From Eledone cirrhosa (lineage: Eukaryota), in contig OZ024740.1 in assembly GCA_964016885.1 (NCBI GenBank), positions 16,678,001 through 16,742,000 of the forward strand: a stretch of DNA of 64,000 bases, in the 5' to 3' direction. The first letter of the stretch is position 1. Every line of letters starts with the position of its first letter. Below, one piece after another: positions 1 to 11,900 of the stretch. The notes beneath the pieces were generated by a model, which saw nothing but the letters and a program-made list of their open reading frames with translations, did no database searches and had not been told where the DNA came from. The position numbers and the translations under genes were made by a program.

Positions 1-3000
1 TTACAGGGAGACATCAGTGTAAATATGGTGGCTTCTGGACAGAGGTTTACAGGGAGATATTAGTGTATATATGGTGTCTTCTGGACAAAGCTTTACAGGG
101 AGATATCAGAGTATATATGGTGGCTTCTAGACAAAGCTTTACAGGGAGACATCAGTGTAAATATGGTGGCTTCTAGACAGAGGTTTACTGGGAGACATTA
201 GTGTAAATATGGTGGCTTCTAGACAGAGCTTTACAGGGAGACATCAGTGTAAATATGGTGGCTTCTAGACAGAGGTTTACAGGGAGACATCAGTGTAAAT
301 ATGGTGGCTTCTGGACAGAGGTTTACAGGGAGACATCAGTGTAAAAATGGTGGCTTCTGGACAGAGGTTTACAGGGAGACATCAGTGTAAATATGGTGGC
401 TTCTGGACAGAGGTTTACAGGGAGACATCAGTGTAAATATGTTGGCTTCTAGACAGAGGTTTACAGGGAGACATCAGTGTAAATATGGTGGCTTCTGGAT
501 AGAGGTTTACAGGGAGACATCAGTGTAGATATGGTGGCTTCTGGATAGAGGTTTACAGGGAGACATCAGTGTAAATATGTTTGCTTCTGGACAGAGGTTT
601 ACAGGGAGATATCAGTGTAAATATGGTGGCTTCTAGACAGAGCTTTATAGGGAGATATCAGTGTAAATATGGTGGCTTATGGACAGAGGTTTACAAGGAG
701 ACATCAGTGTAAATATGGTGGCTACTGGACAGAGCTTTACAGGGAGACATTAGTGTAAATATGGTGGCTTCTAGACAGAGCTTTACAGGGAGATATCAAA
801 GGAAATATAGTAGCTTCTGGATAGAGGTTTACAGGTAGACATCTGTGTAAATATGGTGGCTTCTGGACAGAGGTTTACAGGGAGACATTATTGTAAATAT
901 GGTGGCTTCTAGACAGAGCTTTACAGGGAGATATCAGAGTAAATATGGTGGCTTCTGGACAGAGCTTTACAGGGAGACATCAGTGTAAATATGGTGGCTT
1001 CTAGACAGAGGTTTACAGGGAGACATCAGTGTAAATATGTTGGCTTCTAGACAGAGGTTTACAGGGAGACATCAGTGTAAATATGGTGGCTTCTGGATAG
1101 AGGTTTACAGGGAGACATCAGTGTAAATATGGTGGCTTCTGGATAGAGGTTTACAGGGAGACATCAGTGTAAATATGTTTGCTTCTGGACAGAGGTTTAC
1201 AGGGAGATATCAGTGTAAATATGGTGGCTTCTGGAGAGAGGTTTACAGGGAGAGATCAGTGTAAATATGGTGGCTTCTAGACAGAGGTTTACAGGGAGAC
1301 ATCAGTGTAAATATGGTGGCTTCTAGACAGAGCTTTACAGGGAGATATCAGTGTAAATATAGTGGCTTCTGGAGAGAGGATTACAGGGAGACATCAGTGT
1401 AAATATGGTGGCTTCTAAACAGAGATTTACAGGGAGACATCAGTGTAAATATTGTGTCTTCTGGACAGAGGTTTACAGGGAGACATTAGTGAAAATATGG
1501 TGGCTTCTGGACAGAGCTTTACAGGGAGACGTCAGTGTAAATATGGTGGCTTCTGGACAGAGGTTTACAGGGAGACATCAGTGTAAATATGGTGGGTCCC
1601 AGACAGATTTACAGGGAGACATCTGTGTAAATATGGTGGCTTCTGGACAGAGGTTTACAGGGAGACATCAGTGTAAATATGGTTGCTTCTAGACAGAGGT
1701 TTACAGGGAGACATCAGTGTAAATATGGTGGCTTCTGGACAGAGGTTTACAGGGAGACATCAGTGTAAAAATGGTTGCTTCTAGAGAGAGGTTTACAGGG
1801 AGACATCAGTGTAAATATGGTGGCTTCTGGGCAGAGGTTTACAGGAAGACATCAGTGTAAAAATGGTGGCTTCTAGACAGAGCTTTACAGGGAGACATCA
1901 GTGTAAATATGGTGGCTTCTGGACAGATGTTTACAGGGAGACATCAGTGTAAATATGGTGGCTTCTGGACGGAGGTTTACAGGGAGACATCAGTGTAAAT
2001 ATGTTGGCTTCTAGACAGAGGTTTACAGGGAGACATCAGTGTAAATATGGTGGCTTGTGGATAGAGTTTTACAGGGAGACATCAGTGTAAATATGGTGGC
2101 TTCTGGACAGGGGTTTACAGGGAGACATCAGTGTAAATATGGTGGCTTCTGGACAGAGGTTTACAGGGAGACATCAGAGTAAATATGGTGGCTTCTAGAC
2201 AGAGCTTTACAGGGAGATATCAGAGTAAATATGGTGGCTTCTAGACAAAGCTTTACAGGGAGACATCAGTGTAAATATGGTGGCTTCTAGACAGAGCTTT
2301 ACAGGGAGACATCTGTGTAAATATGGTGGCTTCTAGACAAAGCTTTACAGGGAGACATCAGTGTAAATATGGTGGCTTCTAGACAAAGCTTTACAGGGAG
2401 ACATCAGTGTAAATATGGTGGCTTCTTGACAGAGCTTTACAGGGAAACATCAGTGTAAATATGGTGGCTTCTGGACAGGTTTACAGGGAGATATCAGTGT
2501 AAATATCGTGGCTTCTAGACAGAGCTTTGCAGGGAGACATCAGTGTAAATATGGTGGCTTCTGGACAGAGGTTTACAGGGAGATATCAGAGTAAATATGG
2601 TGGCTTCTAGACAGAGGTTTACAGGGATCATTTAGTGTAAATATGGTGGCATCTGGACAGAGGTTTACAGGGAGACATCAGTGTAAATATGGTGGCTTCT
2701 GGACAGAGCTTTACAGAGAGACATTAGTGTAAATATGGTGGCTTCTAGACAGAGCTTTACAGGGAGTTAACAGAGTAAATATAGTGGCTTCGGGACAGAG
2801 GTTTACAGGGAGACATCAGTGTAAATATGGTGGCTTCTAGACAGAGCTTTACAGGGAGATATCAGTGTAAATATGGTGGCTTCTGGACAGAGGTTTACAG
2901 GGAGATATCAGAGTAAATATGGTGGCTTCTAGACAGAGGTTTACAGGGATCATTTAGTGTAAATATGGTGGCATCTGGACAGAGGTTTACAGGGAGACAT

Positions 3001-6000
3001 CAGTGTAAATATGGTGGCTTCTGGACAGAGCTTTACAGAGAGACATTAGTGTAAATATGGTGGCTTCTAGACAGAGCTTTACAGGGAGTTAACAGAGTAA
3101 ATAGAGTGGCTTCGGGACAGAGGTTTACAGGGAGACATCAGTGTAAATATGGTGGCTTCTAGACAGAGCTTTACAGGGAGATATCAGTGTAAATATGGTG
3201 GCTACTGGACAGAGGTTTACAGGGAGACATCAGTGTAAATATGTTGGCTTCTAGACAGAGGTTTACAGGGAGACATCAGTGTAAATATTGTGGCTTCTGG
3301 ATAGAGGTTTACAGGAAGACATCAGTGTAAATATGGTGGCTTCTGGATGGAGGTTTACAGGGAGACATAAGTGTAAATATGGTGGCTTCTGGACAGAGGT
3401 TTACAGGGAGATATCAGTGTAAATATGGTGGCTTCTAGACAGAGCTTTACAGGGAGATATCAGAGTAAATATGGTGGCTTCTAGACAAAGCTTTACAGGG
3501 AGACATCAGTGTAAATATGGTGGCTTCTAGACAGGTTTACTGGGAGACATCAGTGTAAATATCGTGGCTTCTAGACAAAGCTTTACAGGGAGACATCAGT
3601 GTAAATATGGTGGCTTCTAGACAGAGCTTTACAGGGAGACATCAGTGTAAATATGGTGGCTCCTAGACAGAGCTTTACAGGGAGACATCAGTGTAAATAT
3701 GGTGGCTTCTGGACAGAGGTTTACAGGGAGATATCAGTGTAAATATGGTGGCTTCTAGACAGAGCTTTGCAGGGAGACATCAGTGTAAATATGGTGGCTT
3801 CTGGACAGAGGTTTACAGCGAGACATCAGAGTAAATATGGTGGCTTCTAGACAGAGGTTTACAGGGAGATATCAGTGTAAATATGGTGGCTTCTGGAGAG
3901 AGGTTTACAGGGAGACATTAGTGTAAATATGGTGGCTTCTAGACAGGTTTACTGGGAGACATCAGTGTAAATATCGTGGCTTCTAGACAAAGCTTTACAG
4001 GGTGACATCAGTGTAAATATGGTGGCTTCTAGACAGAGCTTTACAGGGAGACATCAGTGTAAATATGGTGGCTCCTAGACAGAGCTTTACAGGGAGACAT
4101 CAGTGTAAATATGGTGGCTTCTGGACAGAGGTTTACAGGGAGATATCAGTGTAAATATGGTGGCTTCTAGACAGAGCTTTGCAGGGAGACATCAGTGTAA
4201 ATATGGTGGCATCTGGACAGATGTTTACAGGGAGACATCAGTGTAAATATGGTGGCTTCTAGACAGAGATTTGCAGGGAGACATCAGTGTAAATATGGTG
4301 GCTTCTGGAGAGAGGTTTACAGGGAGACATCAGAGTAAATATGGTGGCTTCTAGACAGAGGTTTACAGGAAGACATCAGTGTAAATATGGTGGCATCTGG
4401 ACAGAGGTTTACAGGGAGACATCAGTGTAAATATGGTGGCTTCTGGATAGAGCTTTACAGAGAGACATTAGTGTAAATATGGTGACTTCTAGACAGAGTT
4501 TTACAGGGAGATATCAGAGTAAATATAGTGTCTTCTGGACAGAGGTTTACAGGGAGACATCAGTGTAAATATGGTGGCTTCTAGACAGAGCTTTACAGGG
4601 AGATATCAGTGTAAATATGGTGGCTTCTAGACAGAGCTTTACAGGGAGTTATCAGAGTAAATATAGTGGCTTCGGGACAGAGGTTTACAGGGAGACATCA
4701 GTGTAAATATGGTGGCTTCTAGACAGAGCTTTACAGGGAGATATCAGTGTAAATATGGTGGCTTCTGGACAGAGGTTTACAAGGAGACATCAGTGTAAAT
4801 ATGGTGGCTTTTGGACAGAGCTTTACAGGGAGACATTAGTGTAAATATGGTGGCTTCTAGACAGTGCTTTACAGGGAGATATCAGAGGAAATATAGTGGC
4901 TTCTGGACAGAGGTTTACAGGGAGATATCAGTGTAAATATGGTGGCATCTGGACAAAGGTTTACAGGGACACATCAGTGTAAATATGGGGGCTTCTAGAC
5001 AGAGCTTTACAGGGAGATATCAGATTAAATATGGTGGCTTCTGGACAGAGGTTTACAGGGAGACATCAGTGTAAATATGGTGGCTTCTAGACTGAGGTTT
5101 ACAGGGAGACATCAGTGTAAATATGGTGGCTTCTGGATAGAGGTTTACAGGTAGACATCAGTGTAAATATGGTGGCTTCTGGACAGAGGTTTACAGGGAG
5201 ACATTAGTGTAAATATGGTGGCTTCTAGACAGAGGTTTACAGGGAGATATCAGAGTAAATATGGTGGCTTCTGGACAGAGCTTTACAGGGAGACATCAGT
5301 GTAAATATGGTGGCTTCTGGACAGAGGTTTTCAGGGAGACATCAGTGTAAAAATGGTGGCTTCTGGACAGAGGTTTACAGGGAGACATCAGTGTAAATAT
5401 GGTGGCTTCTGGACAGAGGTTTACAGGGAGATATTAGTGTATATATGGTGTCTTCTGGACAAAGCTTTACAGGGAGATATCAGAGTATATATGGTGGCTT
5501 CTAGACAAAGCTTTACAGGGAGACATCAGTGTAAATATGGTGGCTTCTAGACAGAGGTTTACTGGGAGACATTAGTGTAAATATGGTGGCTTCTAGACAG
5601 AGCATTACAGGGAGACATCAGTGTAAATATGGTGGCTTCTAGACAGAGGTTTACAGGGAGACATCAGTGTAAATATGGTGGCTTCTGGACAGAGGTTTAC
5701 AGGGAGACATCAGTGTAAAAATGGTGGCTTCTGGACAGAGGTTTACAGGGAGACATCAGTGTAAATATGGTGGCTTCTGGACAGAGGTTTACAGGGAGAC
5801 ATCAGTGTAAATATGTTGGCTTCTAGACAGAGGTTTACAGGGAGACATCAGTGTAAATATGGTGGCTTCTGGATAGAGGTTTACAGGGAGACATCAGTGT
5901 AGATATGGTGGCTTCTGGATAGAGGTTTACAGGGAGACATCAGTGTAAATATGTTTGCTTCTGGACAGAGGTTTACAGGGAGATATCAGTGTAAATATGG

Positions 6001-6850
6001 TGGCTTCTAGACAGAGCTTTATAGGGAGATATCAGTGTAAATATGGTGGCTTATGGACAGAGGTTTACAAGGAGACATCAGTGTAAATATGGTGGCTACT
6101 GGACAGAGCTTTACAGGGAGACATTAGTGTAAATATGGTGGCTTCTAGACAGAGCTTTACAGGGAGATATCAAAGGAAATATAGTAGCTTCTGGATAGAG
6201 GTTTACAGGTAGACATCTGTGTAAATATGGTGGCTTCTGGACAGAGGTTTACAGGGAGACATTAGTGTAAATATGGTGGCTTCTAGACAGAGCTTTACAG
6301 GGAGATATCAGAGTAAATATGGTGGCTTCTGGACAGAGCTTTACAGGGAGACATCAGTGTAAATATGGTGGCTTCTAGACAGAGGTTTACAGGGAGACAT
6401 CAGTGTAAATATGTTGGCTTCTAGACAGAGGTTTACAGGGAGACATCAGTGTAAATATGGTGGCTTCTGGATAGAGGTTTACAGGGAGACATCAGTGTAA
6501 ATATGGTGGCTTCTGGATAGAGGTTTACAGGGAGACATCAGTGTAAATATGTTTGCTTCTGGACAGAGATTTACAGGGAGATATCAGTGTAAATATGGTG
6601 GCTTCTGGAGAGAGGTTTACAGGGAGAGATCAGTGTAAATATGGTGGCTTCTAGACAGAGGTTTACAGGGAGACATCAGTGTAAATATGGTGGCTTCTAG
6701 ACAGAGCTTTACAGGGAGATATCAGTGTAAATATAGTGGCTTCTGGAGAGAGGATTACAGGGAGACATCAGTGTAAATATGGTGGCTTCTAAACAGAGAT
6801 TTACAGGGAGACATCAGTGTAAATATTGTGTCTTCTGGACAGAGGTTTAC
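1..6850 (+). repeat. Duplicated block: 1-~1477 repeated at ~5375-6851 (offset 5374 bp = 117 monomers minus four 2-bp deletions)
   Basis: Rare markers share one offset: TAGTGTATATATGG 61/5435, GGAAATATAGTAGC 801/6175, ATTGTGTCTT 1451/6825. Confidence 0.9.
2530..3190 (+). repeat. Local tandem duplication of 7 monomers (322 bp)
   Basis: ACAGGGATCATTTAG occurs at 2621 and 2943. Each copy is followed by the same run of GCATCT, AGAGAGACATTAG, GAGTTAACAG and TTCGGGAC variant monomers. Confidence 0.88.
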
Positions 6851-7589
6851 AAGGAGATATCAGTGTAAATATGGTGTCTTCTGGACAGAGCTTTACAGGG
6901 AGATATCAGAGTAAATATGGTGGCTTCTGGACAGAGCTTTACAGGGAGATATCAGAGTAAATATGGTGGCTTCTAGACAAAGATTTACAGGGAGACATCA
7001 GTGTAAATATAGTGGCTTCTGGAGAGAGGATTACAGGGAGACATCAGTGTAAATATGGTGGCTTCCAGACAGAGATTTACAGGGAGACATCAGTGTAAAT
7101 ATGGTGTCTTCTGGACAGAGGTTTACGGGGAGATATCAGTGTAAATATGGTGTCTTCTGGACAGAGCTTTACAGGGAGATATCAGAGTAAATATGGTGGC
7201 TTCTGGACAGAGCTTTACAGGGAGATATCAGAGTAAATATGGTGGCTTCTAGACAGAGATTTACAGGGAGACATCAGAGTAAATATGGTGGCTTCTAGAT
7301 AGAACTTTACAGGGAGACAATCAGTGTAAATATGGTGGCTTCTGGATAGAAGTTTACAGGGAGATATCAGTGTAAATATGGTGGCTTCTAGACAGAGCTT
7401 TGCAGGGAGACATCAATGTAAATATGGTGGCTTCTGGACAGAGGTTTACAGGGAGACATCAGTGTAAATATAGTGGCTTCTGGACAGAGCTTTACAGAGA
7501 GACATTAGTGTAAATATGGTGGCTTCTAGACAGAGGTTTACAGGGTGACATCAGTGTAAATATGGTGGCATCTGGACAAAGGTTTACAG

Positions 7590-8990
7590 GGAGACATCAG
7601 TGTAAATATGGCGGCTTCTGGATAGAGGTTTATAGGGAGATATCAGTGTTAATATGGTGGCTTCTGGACAGAGGTTTACAGGGAGACATCAGTGTAAATG
7701 TGGTGGCATCTGGACAGAGCTTTACAGGGAGACATTAGTGTAAATATGGTGGCTTCTAGACAGAGCTTTACAGGGAGATATCAGAGTAAATATGGTGGCT
7801 TCTGGACAGAGGTTTACAGGGAGACATCAGTGTAAATATGATGGCTTCTAGAAAGAGGTTTACAGGAAGACATCAGTGTAAATATGGTGGCTTCTAGACG
7901 GAGGTTTACAGGGAGATATCAGTGTAAATATGGTGTCTTTTGGACAGAGGTTTACAGGGAGATATTAGTGTAAATATGGTGTCTTCTGGACAGAGGTTTA
8001 CAGGGAGACATTAGTGAAAATATGGTGGCTTCTGGACAGAGCTTTACAGGGAGACGTCAGTGTAAATATGGTGGCTTCTGGACAGAGGTTTGCAGGGAGA
8101 CATCAGTGTAAATATGGTGGGTCCTAGACAGATTTACAGGGAGACATCAGTGTAAATATGGTGGCTTCTAGACAGAGCTTTACAGGGAGACATCAGTGTA
8201 AATATGGTGGCTTCTGGACAGATGTTTACAGGGAGACATCAGTGTAAGTATGGTGGCTTCTGGACGGAGGTTTACAGGGAGACATCAGTGTAAATATGTT
8301 GGCTTCTAGACAGAGGTTTACAGGGAGACATCAGTGTAAATATGGTGGCTTCTGGATAGAGTTTTACAGGGAGACATCAGTGTAAATATGGTGGCTTCTG
8401 GACAGAGGTTTACAGGGAGACATCAGTGTAAATATGGTGGCTTCTGGACAGAGGTTTACAGGGAGACATCAGTGTAAATATGGCGGCTTCTGGATAGAGG
8501 TTTATAGGGAGATATCAGTGTTAATATGGTGGCTTCTGGACAGAGGTTTACAGGGAGACATCAGTGTAAATGTGGTGGCATCTGGACAGAGCTTTACAGG
8601 GAGACATTAGTGTAAATATGGTGGCTTCTAGACAGAGCTTTACAGGGAGATATCAGAGTAAATATGGTGGCTTCTGGACAGAGGTTTACAGGGAGACATC
8701 AGTGTAAATATGATGGCTTCTAGAAAGAGGTTTACAGGAAGACATCAGTGTAAATATGGTGGCTTCTAGACGGAGGTTTACAGGGAGATATCAGTGTAAA
8801 TATGGTGTCTTTTGGACAGAGGTTTACAGGGAGATATTAGTGTAAATATGGTGTCTTCTGGACAGAGGTTTACAGGGAGACATTAGTGAAAATATGGTGG
8901 CTTCTGGACAGAGCTTTACAGGGAGACGTCAGAGTAAATATGGTGGCTTCTGGACAGAGGTTTGCAGGGAGACATCAGTGTAAATATGGT
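7590..8990 (+). repeat. Local duplication of ~11 monomers at offset 872 bp (19 monomers minus 2 bp)
   Basis: GCGGCTTCTGGATAGAGGTTTATAG occurs at 7611 and 8483. Both copies are followed by the same ordered variants (AATGTGG, ATGATGG/AGAAAG, GTCTTTTGG, GTGAAAA, GACGTC, TTTGCAG). Confidence 0.87.
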
Positions 8991-8999
8991 GGCTTCTGG

Positions 9000-11900
9000 A
9001 CAGAGCTTTACAGAGAGACATTAGTGTAAATATGGTGGCTTCTAGACAGAGCTTTACAGGGAGTTATCAGAGTAAATATAGTGGCTTCGGGACAGAGGTT
9101 TACAGGGAGACATCAGTGTAAATATGGTGGCTTCTAGACAGAGGTTTACAGGGAGATATCAGTGTAAATATGGTGGCTTCTGGACAGAGGTTTACAGGGA
9201 GACATCAGTGTAAATATGTTGGCTTCTAGACAGAGGTTTACAGGGAGACATCAGTGTAAATATGGTGGCTTCTAGACAGAGCTTTACAGGGAGATATCAG
9301 AGTAAATATGGTGGCTTCTAGACAAAGCTTTACAGGGAGACATCAGTGTAAATATGGTGGCTTCTAGACAGAGCTTTACAGGGAGACATCAGTGTAAATA
9401 TGGTGGCTCCTAGACAGAGCTTTACAGGGAGACATCAGTGTAAATATGGTGGCTTCTGGACAGAGGTTTACAGGGAGACATCAGTGTAAATATGGTGGCT
9501 TCTAGACAGGTTTACTGGGAGACATCAGTGTAAATATCGTGGCTTCTAGACAAAGCTTTACAGGGAGACATCAGTGTAAATATGGTGGCTTCTAGACAGA
9601 GCTTTACAGGGAGACATCAGTGTAAATATGGTGGCTCCTAGACAGAGCTTTACAGGGAGACATCAGTGTAAATATGGTGGCTTCTGGACAGAGGTTTACA
9701 GGGAGATATCAGTGTAAATATGGTGGCTTCTAGACAGAGCTTTGCAGGGAGACATCAGTGTAAATATGGTGGCATCTGGACAGATGTTTACAGGGAGACA
9801 TCAGTGTAAATATGGTGGCTTCTAGACAGAGATTTGCAGGGAGACATCAGTGTAAATATGGTGGCTTCTGGAGAGAGGTTTACAGGGAGACATCAGAGTA
9901 AATATGGTGGCTTCTAGACAGAGGTTTACAGGAAGACATCAGTATAAATATGGTGGCATCTGGACAGAGGTTTACAGGGAGACATCAGTGTAAATATGGT
10001 GGCTTCTGGATAGAGCTTTACAGAGAGACATTAGTGTAAATATGGTGACTTCTAGACAGAGTTTTACAGGGAGATATCAGAGTAAATATAGTGTCTTCTG
10101 GACAGAGGTTTACAGGGAGACATCAGTGTAAATATGGTGGCTTCTAGACAGAGCTTTACAGGGAGATATCAGTGTAAATATGGTGGCTTCTAGACAGAGC
10201 TTTACAGGGAGTTATCAGAGTAAATATAGTGGCTTCGGGACAGAGGTTTACAGGGAGACATCAGTGTAAATATGGTGGCTTCTAGACAGAGCTTTACAGG
10301 GAGATATCAGTGTAAATATGGTGGCTTCTGGACAGAGGTTTACAGGGAGACATCAGTGTAAATATGGTGGCTTCTAGACTGAGGTTTACAGGGAGACATC
10401 AGTGTAAATATGGTGGCTTCTGGATAGAGGTTTACAGGTAGACATCAGTGTAAATATGGTGGCTTCTGGACAGAGGTTTACAGGGAGACATTAGTGTAAA
10501 TATGGTGGCTTCTAGACAGAGGTTTACAGGGAGATATCAGAGTAAATATGGTGGCTTCTGGACAGAGCTTTACAGGGAGACATCAGTGTAAATATGGTGG
10601 CTTCTGGACAGAGGTTTTCAGGGAGACATCAGTGTAAAAATGGTGGCTTCTGGACAGAGGTTTACAGGGAGACATCAGTGTAAATATGGTGGCTTCTGGA
10701 CAGAGGTTTACAGGGAGACATCAGTGTAAATATGTTGGCTTCTAGACAGAGGTTTACAGGGAGACATCAGTGTAAATATTGTGGCTTCTGGATAGAGGTT
10801 TACAGGAAGAGATCAGTGTAAATATGGTGGCTTCTGGATAGAGGTTTACAGGGAAACATAAGTGTAAATATGGTGGCTTCTGGACAGAGGTTTACAGGGA
10901 GATATCAGTGTAAATATGGTGGCTTCTGGACAGAGGTTTACAGGGAGACATCAGTGTAAATATGGTGGCTTCTAGACAGTGCTTTACAGGGAGATATCAG
11001 TGTAAATATAGTGGCTTCTGGAGAGAGGATTACAGGGAGACATCAGTGTAAATATGGTGGCTTCTAAACAGAGATTTACAGGGAGACATCAGTGTAAATA
11101 TTGTGTCTTCTGGACAGAGGTTTACAAGGAGATATCAGTGTAAATATGGTGTCTTCTGGACAGAGCTTTACAGGGAGATATCAGAGTAAATATGGTGGCT
11201 TCTGGACAGAGCTTTACAGGGAGATATCAAAGGAAATATAGTAGCTTCTGGATAGAGGTTTACAGGTAGACATCTGTGTAAATATGGTGGCTTCTGGACA
11301 GAGGTTTACAGGGAGACATTAGTGTAAATATGGTGGCTTCTAGACAGAGCTTTACAGGGAGATATCAGAGTAAATATGGTGGCTTCTGGACAGAGCTTTA
11401 CAGGGAGACATCAGTGTAAATATGGTGGCTTCTAGACAGAGGTTTACAGGGAGACATCAGTGTAAATATGTTGGCTTCTAGACAGAGGTTTACAGGGAGA
11501 CATCAGTGTAAATATGGTGGCTTCTGGATAGAGGTTTACAGGGAGACATCAGTGTAAATATGGTGGCTTCTGGATAGAGGTTTACAGGGAGACATCAGTG
11601 TAAATATGTTTGCTTCTGGACAGAGGTTTACAGGGAGATATCAGTGTAAATATGGTGGCTTCTGGAGAGAGGTTTACAGGGAGAGATCAGTGTAAATATG
11701 GTGGCTTCTAGACAGAGGTTTACAGGGAGACATCAGTGTAAATATGGTGGCTTCTAGACAGAGCTTTACAGGGAGATATCAGTGTAAATATAGTGGCTTC
11801 TGGAGAGAGGATTACAGGGAGACATCAGTGTAAATATGGTGGCTTCTAAACAGAGATTTACAGGGAGACATCAGTGTAAATATTGTGTCTTCTGGACAGA

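Noticed and set aside
1-184. Nucleosome-length tetramer (4x46 = 184 bp) periodicity
   Set aside because: I saw no 4-monomer periodicity in the variants, and the observed offsets are not consistently multiples of four monomers. The length match is numerology without MNase data.
1405-1692. 95-aa ORF, and the similar ORFs at 5353, 26134, 26710, 31147, 38087 and 53564
   Set aside because: They are translations of the repeat. Because 46 is not a multiple of 3, any frame meets the TAA of TGTAAA every third monomer. These ORFs exist only where a variant (GTGAAAA, GTATAT, GTTAAT) or an indel monomer skips that stop. The peptides cycle through all three frames of the same 46-mer.
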